From contig JBNLAH010000001.1 in NCBI GenBank assembly GCA_050302075.1, forward strand, positions 228,157 to 292,156: 64,000 nt of DNA, given 5' to 3'. Source of the DNA: Parachlamydiales bacterium (GTDB lineage: Bacteria > Chlamydiota > Chlamydiia > Chlamydiales > SM23-39). A program made the position numbers and the translations under genes. Below the pieces are notes generated by a model. That model did not search any database and had not been told where the DNA came from. It saw only the letters and a program-made list of their open reading frames with translations. Every line of letters begins with the position of its first letter. Position 1 is the first letter of the stretch. Below are positions 1 through 10,412 of the stretch, piece after piece.

Positions 1-186
1 ATGAAGACTATTAGAGCATTATCAATAATTGCTTTAGCTGCATACTTGATCTTTCAAGGTTTATATTATTTAGCTGAGTTAACATCACCTGTAACTCATG
101 CAGCTATTGGTATTTTAGGTTTAGGTGCTGGAGTACTTATGTTCATTTCTCTTGGACATTGGGTCGATGTTTCTAAAGAAAAATAA
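1..186 (+). CDS. small two-TM membrane protein, hypothetical
   Basis: 61-aa ORF with two hydrophobic stretches; starts at the window edge; followed by a hairpin. Confidence 0.6.
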   Translation: MKTIRALSIIALAAYLIFQGLYYLAELTSPVTHAAIGILGLGAGVLMFISLGHWVDVSKEK

Positions 187-209
187 TCTGGGATACAAGA
201 AAAACTAAT

Positions 210-240
210 TTCCTAGCCTGATTAAAGAGAGGGCTAGGAA
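210..240. terminator. inverted repeat, probable terminator between convergent genes
   Basis: TTCCTAGCC (210-218) / GGCTAGGAA (232-240). Confidence 0.55.
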
Positions 241-256
241 GTTTAATTTCATATTC

Positions 257-1120
257 TTAAGGTATAACAACTTCTGCTTTTGACTGTGAAACCCATTTTC
301 CTGTTTCTAGAAAATGGCTGACTTGTTTTTTTGCTATATTTTCATCTAAATCACAAGGAAGGTCATTTGCACCTGTATAATGAATTCCCAATACTTTAGT
401 GCGGCCTTCTAGTGATTGAGCTACTGACTTAAGGTTGTGCATCTTGTCATCAATAAAGATTACCTTTTTAGGGATCCAATTAATTTCCTTAAAGAAGCTC
501 ATTAAAACAGGACCTTTATCATGCAAAGATGTTATTAGAACTCCTGACTTATAAATAGGAGGGAACTCAAGACTTGGATCTTTAGCAAGCTTAAGGGTTC
601 CTATATCAGATAATTTATTTCCAATCCCAAATTGAAACCCAAATTTTTGTAATTCGTCGACTCTCCAGTCAATAAAACTCTCTACTTTTCCAATTTTTCC
701 TCCTGGAGCTGCAGTAAAAGCTATTACTGGAATTTCTTCTCGCTGTTTTTTTTCTATAAAATCAATGCTTTTATTATTGATTACAGAGTGGGGGGCTTTC
801 ATCAATATCTCGCGAAAAATATACCTTTTTTCTCCATGTTCGTTGACAGCGACTTTTTTGCCTCCTAATAATTGGTCTAGGTATTTTTCCCACTTAGGTT
901 TTAAGATAGGATCATTTGGAGTTATCAGAGTTTGATCAACATCAAAAAGTACCAAAGTCTCTTTGTCAGCGTCTTCAAGCAGTTTTTCTATGAAATTCCA
1001 GTCACTAGTTTTAAGGATTTCAGAAGCAGATTGCTTTGAGTCTACACAGGTAGTAGAATAGCTTGGAATTGAATTAGATAAAAATAAAAACACTAGAAAT
1101 AATTTTAAAAATAAATTCAT
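257..1120 (-). CDS. DUF2608-like HAD-superfamily protein with signal peptide
   Basis: LVLFDVDQTL (HAD motif I) and VIFIDD (motif IV); hydrophobic N-terminus from ATG at 1120 (ORF open to 1174). Confidence 0.75.
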   Translation of the reverse strand: MNLFLKLFLVFLFLSNSIPSYSTTCVDSKQSASEILKTSDWNFIEKLLEDADKETLVLFDVDQTLITPNDPILKPKWEKYLDQLLGGKKVAVNEHGEKRYIFREILMKAPHSVINNKSIDFIEKKQREEIPVIAFTAAPGGKIGKVESFIDWRVDELQKFGFQFGIGNKLSDIGTLKLAKDPSLEFPPIYKSGVLITSLHDKGPVLMSFFKEINWIPKKVIFIDDKMHNLKSVAQSLEGRTKVLGIHYTGANDLPCDLDENIAKKQVSHFLETGKWVSQSKAEVVIP

Positions 1121-1285
1121 TTTAAAACCAATTATTGTTACAATGAAATGAGATGTTATTTTAACAAAGGTCAATTTTATTGTATTTTGTTAAAATAATA
1201 ATATTATTATTTTTCTGGAAAAAAATCTAAAAATGCTTTTATATTTCTATTCTCAAATTTTTTAAAAGTTTGTCTAGATATTTTA

Positions 1286-1900
1286 ATGAGTAATAATAAT
1301 ATTTTTTTATTAGAGGATATTCCAGCAGTTCCTTTTTACTTCATTAGACATGGAGAGACAGATTGGAATGTAAACAAGTTATGTCAGGGTAGAAAGGATA
1401 TTCCCTTAAACACTAATGGTATTAAAAGTGCATATTCTGCAGCAAAAAAGCTTGCAAATGTTTCTTTTGACCTTATTTTGACAAGTCCCTTGCTTCGGGC
1501 TAAGCAAACTGCTGAAATTCTATCAAAAGAACTAAAAGTCGATTTTGAAATTGCAGAAGAATTTGCTGAGCGGGGCTTTGGCGAGCTGGAAGGTAAGTCA
1601 AGTTTTCTAATGTATGAATTTGAAAAACAAGAAATAAAAGGGAATATTTCTGAGACTTTGAAAGTTGAAAAAATAGAGGATCTTCAATCTAGAGTCAAAA
1701 AAGGTCTGAAAAATATTTTAGATCCAAATTTGCAAGTTTTATTAGTTTCGCATGGGAGGCTTTTTTTTGCGCTTAATCAAATGCTTTCAATAAAGCTGAT
1801 AAACCAAATTCAGAATACAGAGCCGCTTCTTATTAAACCAAGCAAGGGCCATTGGGAGATAATAGACTCATCTGATGAGAGTTTTTATCTATTAAAATAG
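1286..1900 (+). CDS. histidine phosphatase (phosphoglycerate mutase-like) family protein
   Basis: RHGETDWN, SPLLRAKQTA and VSHG motifs. Confidence 0.9.
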   Translation: MSNNNIFLLEDIPAVPFYFIRHGETDWNVNKLCQGRKDIPLNTNGIKSAYSAAKKLANVSFDLILTSPLLRAKQTAEILSKELKVDFEIAEEFAERGFGELEGKSSFLMYEFEKQEIKGNISETLKVEKIEDLQSRVKKGLKNILDPNLQVLLVSHGRLFFALNQMLSIKLINQIQNTEPLLIKPSKGHWEIIDSSDESFYLLK

Positions 1901-1923
1901 ATTAAGTACAAGAAAATTCAATT

Positions 1924-2544
1924 TTAATAGTTTAGAATCTCAACTTCTCCACTTTTCAAATGATAGTATGCTGGAAAAATTTGTAATTTTTCATTTTTGA
2001 TAAGCTTCTTGAAGCCTTTGTTCTGTGCTAACTTATTTCTCATTGCTATAGCATTGGCTTTAATTGCAGCTTCTAAACGATCTTGGTGATTCTTCAATCT
2101 TATTTTTTTGACAGATGGAGAAATAAGCGCTGCTATCTCAGGGATGTCTTTGTCTTGTTTCTGTAGAACAGCGTTCACTGCTCCACAATTTTCATGACCA
2201 AGTACTAAGATAATAGATGAATGTAATTGATGGACAGCATAAGCAATGCTTTCTTTTGCAGTAGAATCTATAACATTACCAGCAAGCCGAACAACAAAAA
2301 GGTCTCCTATTCCTTCGTCAAAGATAATCTCAGGACTGACTCTTGAATCAGAGCAGCTCACAACTACAGCAAAAGGCTCCTGTTCAAAAACAGTTTCTTT
2401 CCTCCTTTCTAGAGTTCGATTTGGATGAATAAGATTTCCATTCATAAATCTATTATTCCCATCAAGCAATCGATTAAGGTCATTTGAATCCCCAAACAAT
2501 CCACAAGAGGTTAAAAATAGCGATAATATGAATAGACGGACCAT
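1924..2544 (-). CDS. beta-class carbonic anhydrase, predicted lipoprotein
   Basis: CSDSRV and HENCGA zinc-ligand motifs; N-terminal lipobox LTSC. Confidence 0.9.
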   Translation of the reverse strand: MVRLFILSLFLTSCGLFGDSNDLNRLLDGNNRFMNGNLIHPNRTLERRKETVFEQEPFAVVVSCSDSRVSPEIIFDEGIGDLFVVRLAGNVIDSTAKESIAYAVHQLHSSIILVLGHENCGAVNAVLQKQDKDIPEIAALISPSVKKIRLKNHQDRLEAAIKANAIAMRNKLAQNKGFKKLIKNEKLQIFPAYYHLKSGEVEILNY

Positions 2545-2841
2545 TAGTTTTCTCCTTTTTCACAATGAAATTATTCGAAAATCGTTCTAAAAAAATTTTC
2601 GTAAAAAGTTAAGCTATTAAATCAAAATAAAGCTCTTTATTTTCTTAATAAGAAGAATAAGTTGATAAAATCAATTGTTTTTTGTCAGGTAGTTCTGATG
2701 TCCACTTTTTAACTATTGTGATTTAAAGATATGTATTGACTGTGAGATTTCCAAGTAAAGAGATTGATATTAGATCTTTAATTTGGAATTATTTTTTGGT
2801 TTTTGTAGACTTTGCGCAAATTAAACTAGTATTGGGAAAAA

Positions 2842-3417
2842 ATGAAACTTGAACTCGATTGTACTTGGGACAATAAGAAAAATAGAGCAAAGCAAAGAAT
2901 CCAGTTTGACTATCTTCCTAAATCAATTTTTGGGATGCCTGTAGATAAAATAACTTTAATACAAAAGTTAGCTCAAAGGGCGCATGTTGAAGGACCTTCT
3001 ATTCTTAAAGATATAGAGGAAATTTCAAATCAATTTCCTAAAAGTCTCTATGCTCTACTGAATTATTATAAGACTTTACAGTTTTTTGAATATTTAGAAG
3101 AGGTAGATGAAGTTTTTATAAAAATGAAAAAACTATTTCCAGAAGAAATTTTTACAAAATGTATTGCTAGTGAATTACTTTTAAATAATAAGGAATATGA
3201 AAAGTTTCCAGAAATTTTCAATCATATTGAGGTGCTAAAGGGTGCTTTTCCTAAAAGACGGGACTTCTTTTTTGAAGAGGCACTTTTTTTCCATAATTTA
3301 TGGGGGCGCTATTTATTTGAGACAGGTAATGGATTTCAAGCTGAAAAGCACAAAAAGCTTATCTTATTAATCGTAAATACGCTGCAAAACTATCAAATGA
3401 TTTCTTCCCAAATTTAA
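2842..3417 (+). CDS. hypothetical helical (TPR-like) protein
   Basis: 191-aa ORF; no motif recognised. Confidence 0.6.
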   Translation: MKLELDCTWDNKKNRAKQRIQFDYLPKSIFGMPVDKITLIQKLAQRAHVEGPSILKDIEEISNQFPKSLYALLNYYKTLQFFEYLEEVDEVFIKMKKLFPEEIFTKCIASELLLNNKEYEKFPEIFNHIEVLKGAFPKRRDFFFEEALFFHNLWGRYLFETGNGFQAEKHKKLILLIVNTLQNYQMISSQI

Positions 3418-3611
3418 AAATTACAAAGAATTAAGGGCAAAGACAGCTATTTAAAACTTCTTAGTTACAACGTCTAATAAGTATAGATAGAGGTGCTTTG
3501 GGATCTAAACATGAAAAAAATTGTCAGATCAAAGGAATGTAAAAGTTTTATTCAGCAGCTTTTAGAATTTTCAGATGAAAAGTAATATCATTTGGATTTA
3601 CAATTTAGGCT

Positions 3612-4220
3612 ATGAATATTCAAAATTTTTCTCCCAAGACTTTCAAAAAAATTGATGTTACTAATTTAAGAAAATCACTGATGTTTTACCATGTTAAGGA
3701 ACTAAGAGAGCTCGCTGTTAGGTTATCTCTAGTAGATAGAGGAAATAAGAAAATGATTATTCTTCGCATCTGTCACTTTTTATCAACAGGAGAAAAACTG
3801 GCAGTTCCAAAGTTTCCAAAAGAGTCCTGTGCTCAGAGAGGAAAAACCTATCATTTAGAGCAAAATGCATTAATGCTGAAAGGTGCATATAAAAATGATT
3901 TAAAAACCAGAGAGTTTTTTAAAAGTTTCATTGGCCCACACTTTCACTTCACAGCTTTTGGGATTGATTGGTTAAATGAGAAATGGCTTGAAGGTAACCC
4001 ACCAACTTATCTTGAATTCGCAAATATGTGGGAAGATGAGTATCGCAGGAGAAAAGAGAATCCAGCTTCTCCAAAAGAGGAATGGGCGTATATTAATTTT
4101 GTGAAAAAGTTTTTGGAAGTCTCGCCAGAAGCAACCCAATCAAATATTCATAAAGCTTGGCAAAAAGAGCGAGAAAAGCAAAAGGCTAAAGCCAATCAGC
4201 TTATTGAGAATTTTTTGTGA
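3612..4220 (+). CDS. conserved hypothetical protein (SAP-like N-terminus, possibly DUF6434-like)
   Basis: 202-aa ORF; ELRELA..LSL..G.K..II.RI pattern, then REFFKSFIGPHFHFT and W.YINF segments. Confidence 0.55.
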   Translation: MNIQNFSPKTFKKIDVTNLRKSLMFYHVKELRELAVRLSLVDRGNKKMIILRICHFLSTGEKLAVPKFPKESCAQRGKTYHLEQNALMLKGAYKNDLKTREFFKSFIGPHFHFTAFGIDWLNEKWLEGNPPTYLEFANMWEDEYRRRKENPASPKEEWAYINFVKKFLEVSPEATQSNIHKAWQKEREKQKAKANQLIENFL

Positions 4221-4350
4221 AGTTTATAATTCATAATTCTAGAAGAAAGTTATCTCTTAATAATCGATAATGTTGGATGTAATTTTGTCGTACTTTAGAA
4301 AAATTGCTATTGAAAAAACAGCATCTCCTCTTGAAGATACTGGTTATTAA

Positions 4351-5172
4351 CTATTGAGATTTTTCTAAGTGTAATTGATATAAAGAAAATGAATTGCTGA
4401 AAATATGCACAGTAGAAGAAGAAGTAACTCCTCCTGTTATTTCCCTTGATAATCCCCAGAAAAGGGAGGTTAAAAAAATTGTATTAAAAACAGCAAGATT
4501 AAACCATCCTTGACTAGGTCTACAATGTAAGATTGTAAAAATCAAGGAACTCCAAAAAACACGTATTATTTTACTACTATCACTATCTGGATTTTTTTGA
4601 TAGCTCCTCATGACAGAATGAAGTTTTTTTCTAAAAACCAATTCTTCTAAAACAGGGATAAAAAATGCTACGTCAAAGATCCGAAGGGGCTCAAATTTAA
4701 AATTTTTAATAATTTCTTGTGTGGCTTCAAATTCAAGTTTGAAAGTATTTAAAAGTTTTATAGTGGATTTTAAAGTCATTTCTGACATGGGGATAGTTAT
4801 ACTAGATAGGATAAACCCTAATGCTAGTTGTTTTATTTTACTCGTTTTAAGTAGATCTAAAGATTTTCCCAAACAAAGTCTTGAAAAAGCATTTCTTAGA
4901 AGAAGCGAACTCATCTTCTGATATGTAGAAGAGTTCCATTTTTTGTAATTTCGATAGCTCTTAATGTAACTATAACTTCTGATCGGCAGAGTAAATACAT
5001 CTACTGTAGAAGAATACCCTAAATTAAGAAAAAATTTAAGGAAGTCTGTTGTTTTTTTTGAACTTTTTAAGTTCGCCAAACTTAATCTGGAATTATCCAT
5101 AAGTGAAAAAGTAGGAGAGATAGCCAAACCTAATCTATTATAAGTTAAAGAAGTATCTGAATAAAAGCTCAT
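4351..5172 (-). CDS. CPBP (CAAX/Abi) family intramembrane metalloprotease
   Basis: EELVFR, F...H and H...N motifs in the hydrophobic C-terminal half. Confidence 0.75.
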   Translation of the reverse strand: MSFYSDTSLTYNRLGLAISPTFSLMDNSRLSLANLKSSKKTTDFLKFFLNLGYSSTVDVFTLPIRSYSYIKSYRNYKKWNSSTYQKMSSLLLRNAFSRLCLGKSLDLLKTSKIKQLALGFILSSITIPMSEMTLKSTIKLLNTFKLEFEATQEIIKNFKFEPLRIFDVAFFIPVLEELVFRKKLHSVMRSYQKNPDSDSSKIIRVFWSSLIFTILHCRPSQGWFNLAVFNTIFLTSLFWGLSREITGGVTSSSTVHIFSNSFSLYQLHLEKSQ

Positions 5173-5328
5173 TTTCCCTTTTTTTTTGCGATCATTTTAA
5201 TATTTTTATTACTTTTAAATAAAGTAATTGTAGTATTTATCATTACTTAATGATTTAATTTAACATAAAATATTAATTTTATCACGAGCTGGTACTTTTT
5301 TTTAACAAAGCTTGATATACTCATATCT

Positions 5329-5856
5329 TTAAGTAGGATCGATGAGTTGTCCATTTTTCGATACATATGTTTCAGTACACAAGCTTCGATTAAAACAACA
5401 AGGTCTTCGTTTTCCTTTCAGCAACATAGCGCAAGCATTCTCAATTCGTCGCTTACGCGTTTCTGGTTGTTTAGTTGAGCGTATCCAGCGGATCCAATCC
5501 CAACGTGCCATTGTTGTGATTTCTATCCATGTACCGAGCGCTTTTGAGGTGGCCAGAGCCTCTTTCAAATCTGATGGTATCTCAGGTTCTAGCCATTCTT
5601 TTGTTGGTTCTATTTCAAGTGTTACGGTATCTCCTGCATTTATCTTAGCAGCATCGCTCATTGTTTGGCTTATCCTAAACCAGTGACTTCCTTTACCATC
5701 TGGCTCTAGCTCCATTTGAAAGTGGAACCCATTAATAATTCCTTTAATCATTGTCATACCTCTAGAAGGGAGCTTTGCGCTTGCACTTTCTGGCAATCTG
5801 AGGATAGTCCAAGAACCTATTTTAAATAATTTTGCTTCAAAATGAATAATTGACAT
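5329..5856 (-). CDS. DUF1905 + YdeI/OmpD-associated family protein
   Basis: LPSRG, EPDGKGSHW and WIRWIRSTKQPETRKRRI motifs; likely start at ATG 5856. Confidence 0.75.
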   Translation of the reverse strand: MSIIHFEAKLFKIGSWTILRLPESASAKLPSRGMTMIKGIINGFHFQMELEPDGKGSHWFRISQTMSDAAKINAGDTVTLEIEPTKEWLEPEIPSDLKEALATSKALGTWIEITTMARWDWIRWIRSTKQPETRKRRIENACAMLLKGKRRPCCFNRSLCTETYVSKNGQLIDPT

Positions 5857-6055
5857 ATATCTCTTGTTATTTTTTATTGATGATCCTGTGGCTAGCTCAA
5901 TAATATAGCAGCCAAAATTTGAAGTAAATTTTCGCAAAAATTCTCATTTATTTTAAGAACTACCGTTATCTATAGAATGCAATAAACATGATGTAGCAAT
6001 GATAGATTGCGACTAAAACTTTATAAAAGATAATCAAAATAAAGACTGAACCAAG

Positions 6056-6523
6056 TTATAAGGCATTTGATTGATTTATCATTTTGATATGAAGGATGCC
6101 ATCTTCATCAAACGGGGAACCAACGCTCTGATACTTATGACTCTCGTAAAATTTCTTCAAATACAGCTGAGCTGAAATAATTATTGGAGTGGTATTCTTA
6201 ATTTTTTTTAAATAGAGCTCAATTTGAGCCATCATTTCGTTTGCAATTCCTTGGCCTCGTTCCGATTTTTTTACTACAACGCGGCCAAAACTTAAGGCAT
6301 CAGTATATAATGTCCCTATTGGAAAGAACCTCAAATAAGCTACCAAATTGTTATTTTTTATACCTAGAAGATGTATTGTTTTTTGATCTTGGTAGTCGAT
6401 ATCTTGATAAATGCATTTTTGCTCGACAGCAAAGACTTCTTCTCGCAAATTTAAAATATCATAAAGCTCTTGATTAGTCAGTTCTTGAAATGAGAGCCAT
6501 TTCCAGTTTATCATGGTTTGCAA
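6056..6523 (-). CDS. ElaA-like GNAT acetyltransferase
   Basis: LREEVFAVEQ.C.YQDID, GRVVV, SAQLYL..FY and EDGILH motifs. Confidence 0.9.
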   Translation of the reverse strand: MQTMINWKWLSFQELTNQELYDILNLREEVFAVEQKCIYQDIDYQDQKTIHLLGIKNNNLVAYLRFFPIGTLYTDALSFGRVVVKKSERGQGIANEMMAQIELYLKKIKNTTPIIISAQLYLKKFYESHKYQSVGSPFDEDGILHIKMINQSNAL

Positions 6524-6806
6524 ATTTGCTTTTTTTTGAGGAATTATTCCAACTAGTATTTAAAAAAACAAGTCCTTGAATATTTTGAAGTGAAAAAGGA
6601 ATAGCTTTTAGAGACAGAGAAATAGAAAACCGGTTTTGCTAGTTGATTCTGATAAAAAGCTTTTTATTCATTAATTTACTCACTTATACCTGGAAATTTG
6701 AAGAAAAGAATCTATGAAAATATCAGATAGGAAAAATTCATGTTTAAATTTCGGCGGTTGGTATTTCCAGAATACTTTACAATCCAAGTTCGATGAGGAA
6801 TAAAAG

Positions 6807-7856
6807 ATGATACCTATTGAGATGAAAAAAAAGTATTACAGAGCTTTAGTTGCTAAAGATCCAAATTATGACGGTGTTTTTTATGTCGGGGTAAAGAGTA
6901 CTGGAGTTTTTTGCAGATCAGTTTGTCCAGCTCGCAAGCCGAAATTTGAGAACTGTGAATTTTATGCTGTAGCAAAAGAAGCTCTTTTGGCTGGTTTTCG
7001 ACCTTGTAAGCGTTGTCTTCCATTGTCTTATCCAGATGAAGTTCCAGAAGTAGTTCGTGAGCTAATTCAAGCAATAGAAGATCATCCAGAAAAAAAGTGG
7101 AAGGAAGCAGATTTTCGTAAAAAATCAACCAGTGCAGCTCAAGCGTCCAGGCTTTTTAAAAAGAGGTTTGGGATGACTTTTGTTGCCTATGCTAGAGCTC
7201 ATCGCTTAGCAATGGCACTGAAACAAATCAAAGGGCGAAGAGCTGTGATTGAGGCTCAGATCGATTCTGGATATGATTCAGGTAGTGGATTTCGTGATGC
7301 TTTTTCTAAAATCATGGGTACTCCACCTGCAAAATCAAAAGAAGTAAGGCTTTTGAAAGCTGATTGGATTGATACTCCACTTGGGCCAATGGTTGCAATT
7401 GCTGATGAAAGGGCTTTATATCAATTAGAATTTATAAATAATCGTAGAATAGAACAAGAAATTCAGAGACTTCAAGATAAACTCAATATGACGATAATTC
7501 CAGGGAAAACAGAGGTTATCAATTTAATAGAAAAAGAGCTTAATCAGTATTTTAAAGGTGGGTTAGAACAGTTTCTTACACCAATAATGATGATTGGGAC
7601 TCCCTTTCAAAAGAGAGTGTGGTTAGAACTTAAGAAAATTCCCATAGGAGAGACTCGCTCTTATTCCGATATTGCTAAAAAATTGGGAACTTCAAAAGCT
7701 GTTCGTGCTGTTGGAAGTGCAAATGGGGCTAATCGACTGGCTATTATAATTCCCTGTCATCGAGTGATCAATATTGACGGTCGGCTCGGAGGTTATAAAG
7801 GTGGTCTTGCTCGAAAAAATTGGTTACTTGAACATGAGGCTAAATATGAGAAGTGA
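6807..7856 (+). CDS. ada: bifunctional Ada regulator / O6-methylguanine-DNA methyltransferase
   Basis: N-terminal zinc motif (FCRSVC, FRPCKRC), AraC-like HTH, C-terminal PCHRV. Confidence 0.92.
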   Translation: MIPIEMKKKYYRALVAKDPNYDGVFYVGVKSTGVFCRSVCPARKPKFENCEFYAVAKEALLAGFRPCKRCLPLSYPDEVPEVVRELIQAIEDHPEKKWKEADFRKKSTSAAQASRLFKKRFGMTFVAYARAHRLAMALKQIKGRRAVIEAQIDSGYDSGSGFRDAFSKIMGTPPAKSKEVRLLKADWIDTPLGPMVAIADERALYQLEFINNRRIEQEIQRLQDKLNMTIIPGKTEVINLIEKELNQYFKGGLEQFLTPIMMIGTPFQKRVWLELKKIPIGETRSYSDIAKKLGTSKAVRAVGSANGANRLAIIIPCHRVINIDGRLGGYKGGLARKNWLLEHEAKYEK

Positions 7857-8418
7857 TAATCAAAGATGTTTCGGAACAGGAAAAGAATTCTATGAAAAGT
7901 ATCATGATGAGGAATGGGGGGTTCCCGTTCACGACGATCGACTTCTTTTCGAAATGCTTTGTTTAGAAGGAGCACAAGCTGGTTTAAGCTGGGAGACAAT
8001 TCTTAAGAGACGAGATGGGTATCGATATTTATTTCATCTATTTGAACCAGAAATTGTAGCGAAAATGACAGATAATGAGCTTGAAAAATTGCTAAAGGAT
8101 CCAAGAATCATCAGAAATCGTCAAAAAGTATTTAGCGTACGAAAAAATGCGAAGGTAGTATTGAAAATTCAAGAGGAGTTTGGATCATTAAATGCCTATC
8201 TCTGGAGCTTTGTAGATAATAAGCCCATTATTAATCACTTTGAGAAAATAGATGAGATCCCTTCAAGTTCTGCTATTAGCCATGAGCTCTCAAAGGATTT
8301 AAAAAGAAGAGGTATGTCGTTTGTAGGTACAACAATAATTTATGCATTTATGCAAGCTGTTGGAATAGTAAATGATCACTTAATAAAATGCCCATGTCAT
8401 TTAAATTCTAAAATTTGA
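7846..8418 (+). CDS. tag: DNA-3-methyladenine glycosylase I
   Basis: YHDEEWG, LEGAQAGLSW.TIL, IIRNR and NDH motifs; ATG 7846 overlaps the end of ada. Confidence 0.93.
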   Translation: MRSDNQRCFGTGKEFYEKYHDEEWGVPVHDDRLLFEMLCLEGAQAGLSWETILKRRDGYRYLFHLFEPEIVAKMTDNELEKLLKDPRIIRNRQKVFSVRKNAKVVLKIQEEFGSLNAYLWSFVDNKPIINHFEKIDEIPSSSAISHELSKDLKRRGMSFVGTTIIYAFMQAVGIVNDHLIKCPCHLNSKI

Positions 8419-8604
8419 GAGCTATTGCAGAGTAAGATAAAATAACCTTAACCTACACTAAACCAACATCTTAATTTCAATCTTCTTTGTTTTTTTATTC
8501 GTTTAATTTTGGAAAAATTACAATTAATTAATTTAATGTTCGGTTTTTTTATTGATTGTTTTTATTTTTATGTTTAATAATTTCTATTTTTTATAGGAGT
8601 TATT

Positions 8605-9177
8605 ATGAAAAAAATTATCTTTTTGTTCTTTATGGGATTCGCAACTTTAGCTTTTTCAGACCAACTTATTATTCCTTCTGAAACAGTAGACTCTAAACTG
8701 AGTTTTCCTAATGAAACAAAACAAAGCCCTAAGCAAGGATTTTTCTATGTTCGTTTTGCTGCTGCAGAAAAAAAACTGAAAAAAAATTCTGATATTTTAC
8801 CCGGTCTTGGTTTTGGCTATCGTAAGTTAACTGGAAATGGGGCTGCAGATATTTCTATTAGCGGAATAGGTATTCAAGAGGACAGAAACAGCAAATTTGT
8901 TTGGACAGCTCCAAAGGCTTCTTATATTCATTTTCTCACACCTGAGGCACAAAAAAGTACATATGTAGGAGGTGGTTTAGCTTGGGGTGGAATAAGTTCA
9001 AGCAAACAAAAATTTATCGGTCTTATCACATATGCAACAATAGGTTATGAATTTCTTCGAAAAAGTGATGTTCTAGGATTTTCTGAACTGAACATCAGTC
9101 AAGCAGCTATCAAAGTTTATCAAAGAGGAAAATTTCCAGAACCTGTAGTTGAATTTACAGTGGGAATGGGATTTTAA
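8605..9177 (+). CDS. exported protein, probable small outer-membrane beta-barrel
   Basis: signal peptide, alternating beta-strand pattern, C-terminal aromatic residue (VGMGF). Confidence 0.55.
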   Translation: MKKIIFLFFMGFATLAFSDQLIIPSETVDSKLSFPNETKQSPKQGFFYVRFAAAEKKLKKNSDILPGLGFGYRKLTGNGAADISISGIGIQEDRNSKFVWTAPKASYIHFLTPEAQKSTYVGGGLAWGGISSSKQKFIGLITYATIGYEFLRKSDVLGFSELNISQAAIKVYQRGKFPEPVVEFTVGMGF

Positions 9178-9549
9178 TTCGATCGTGTTGGTATCTAGCT
9201 GATATATCCTTATATAAAGCACCGCATTAAGCAAAACTTTTTATTAGGGAGAGTTTTTACGCAATTTTTTCTCCCTACAATAAGTTGCTGTTGAAGCTGA
9301 TTATTTACAGTTAGATCCATGATTCCATATGTCCAAGCATTTTAATTTTAGAAATAGGATCTAAAAGGCTGGTGAACAAAAACCATTGAAAACTTAGCAA
9401 AAGATATTAAATTATTTTTCTTTAAAAAATAGAAAAATTTTTATTACAGTTTTAGTGAATTTTTTTTAAGTTTAAATCTTAAATTCAGATAATTTACTTC
9501 TGATATCTTTTATTTTCATTTATAATATCTTAGATATTTTGGATTAAAA

Positions 9550-10224
9550 ATGAATTGTGTTGTCAATTTTATTTTAGGAACCATCTGTTCACAAGTAGCA
9601 GATAGAGGATTAGCAAATTCATTGGGTGTAGAAACCCTCAAACATGGGACAAGTTTTTTTTCCTATGCGAATATCCGCAGGCTTGGAGGCGTGCCAAAAT
9701 ATGAAAGTTTTTCATCAAAGTTATTAGCAAATTCTCTCAAAAAGAACTCAAGTTATTTTTATGTGTTTAAGGAAAATATATCTTTTTATAAAGGCTTAGT
9801 GTTGCCACGTATGCACATAATTAACAGCTCTGTTAGGACCATCCAAAAGCAAATTCCTTTTGATTCTTTTCTTGGAAAATCTCTAATTGCCTTAGGTGCA
9901 GCAATAAATGTTATAGCGACCCCCACTATCAATTTTCGATATCGAAAAGAAGAAATAACAGGACGCTTTGAAAGTGACCTTCAGTACCGTTTTGGGAAGT
10001 CAAAAGAGTCTTCAATAGCCTACAAGACTAAGGAAAAAGTAGAGAATTGGCGTATTGGTTCAATTCTAGTTGGAGTAAATGCTTCATGGTTAAATCGAGT
10101 GAAGGAAAATCCCAGACAACTATTAAAGGGTGTAATTCAGCTCATTGGAGCAGTTCTTCTTACTTGGTATGCAGGTAATTCAGTAAGAACTATTTCATTT
10201 GTCGCAGGGGCTATTCTTGCTTGA
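9550..10224 (+). CDS. hypothetical protein with C-terminal hydrophobic segment
   Basis: 224-aa ORF; no motif recognised. Confidence 0.55.
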   Translation: MNCVVNFILGTICSQVADRGLANSLGVETLKHGTSFFSYANIRRLGGVPKYESFSSKLLANSLKKNSSYFYVFKENISFYKGLVLPRMHIINSSVRTIQKQIPFDSFLGKSLIALGAAINVIATPTINFRYRKEEITGRFESDLQYRFGKSKESSIAYKTKEKVENWRIGSILVGVNASWLNRVKENPRQLLKGVIQLIGAVLLTWYAGNSVRTISFVAGAILA

Positions 10225-10273
10225 TCTCCAATATCATCTACCCAAAATGATATTAGGTTGCGATTAAGATTTA

Positions 10274-10309
10274 AAGGCAGAGAGAGATACATTTAGGACT
10301 ACTTTTCTC
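10274..10309 (+). repeat. possible highly degenerate copy of the junction element
   Basis: intergenic GAGAGATACATTTAGGACT (10282-10300) matches GAGAGACGCATTCAGAACT at 15/19. Confidence 0.35.
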
Positions 10310-10412
10310 ACAGTTTTATTTCCATTTATCTTTCTCAAAAAAACAACTGATTTGAATTTTAATTAAGTAATACATAGCATATTCAGCATTCTTAATTATA
10401 ATAATAAGTTAC

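Noticed and set aside
3557..3578. GCTTTTAGAATTTTCAGA as a further junction copy (also TTTCAGAAAC near 18060)
   Set aside because: Match is too short and AT-rich to separate from chance.
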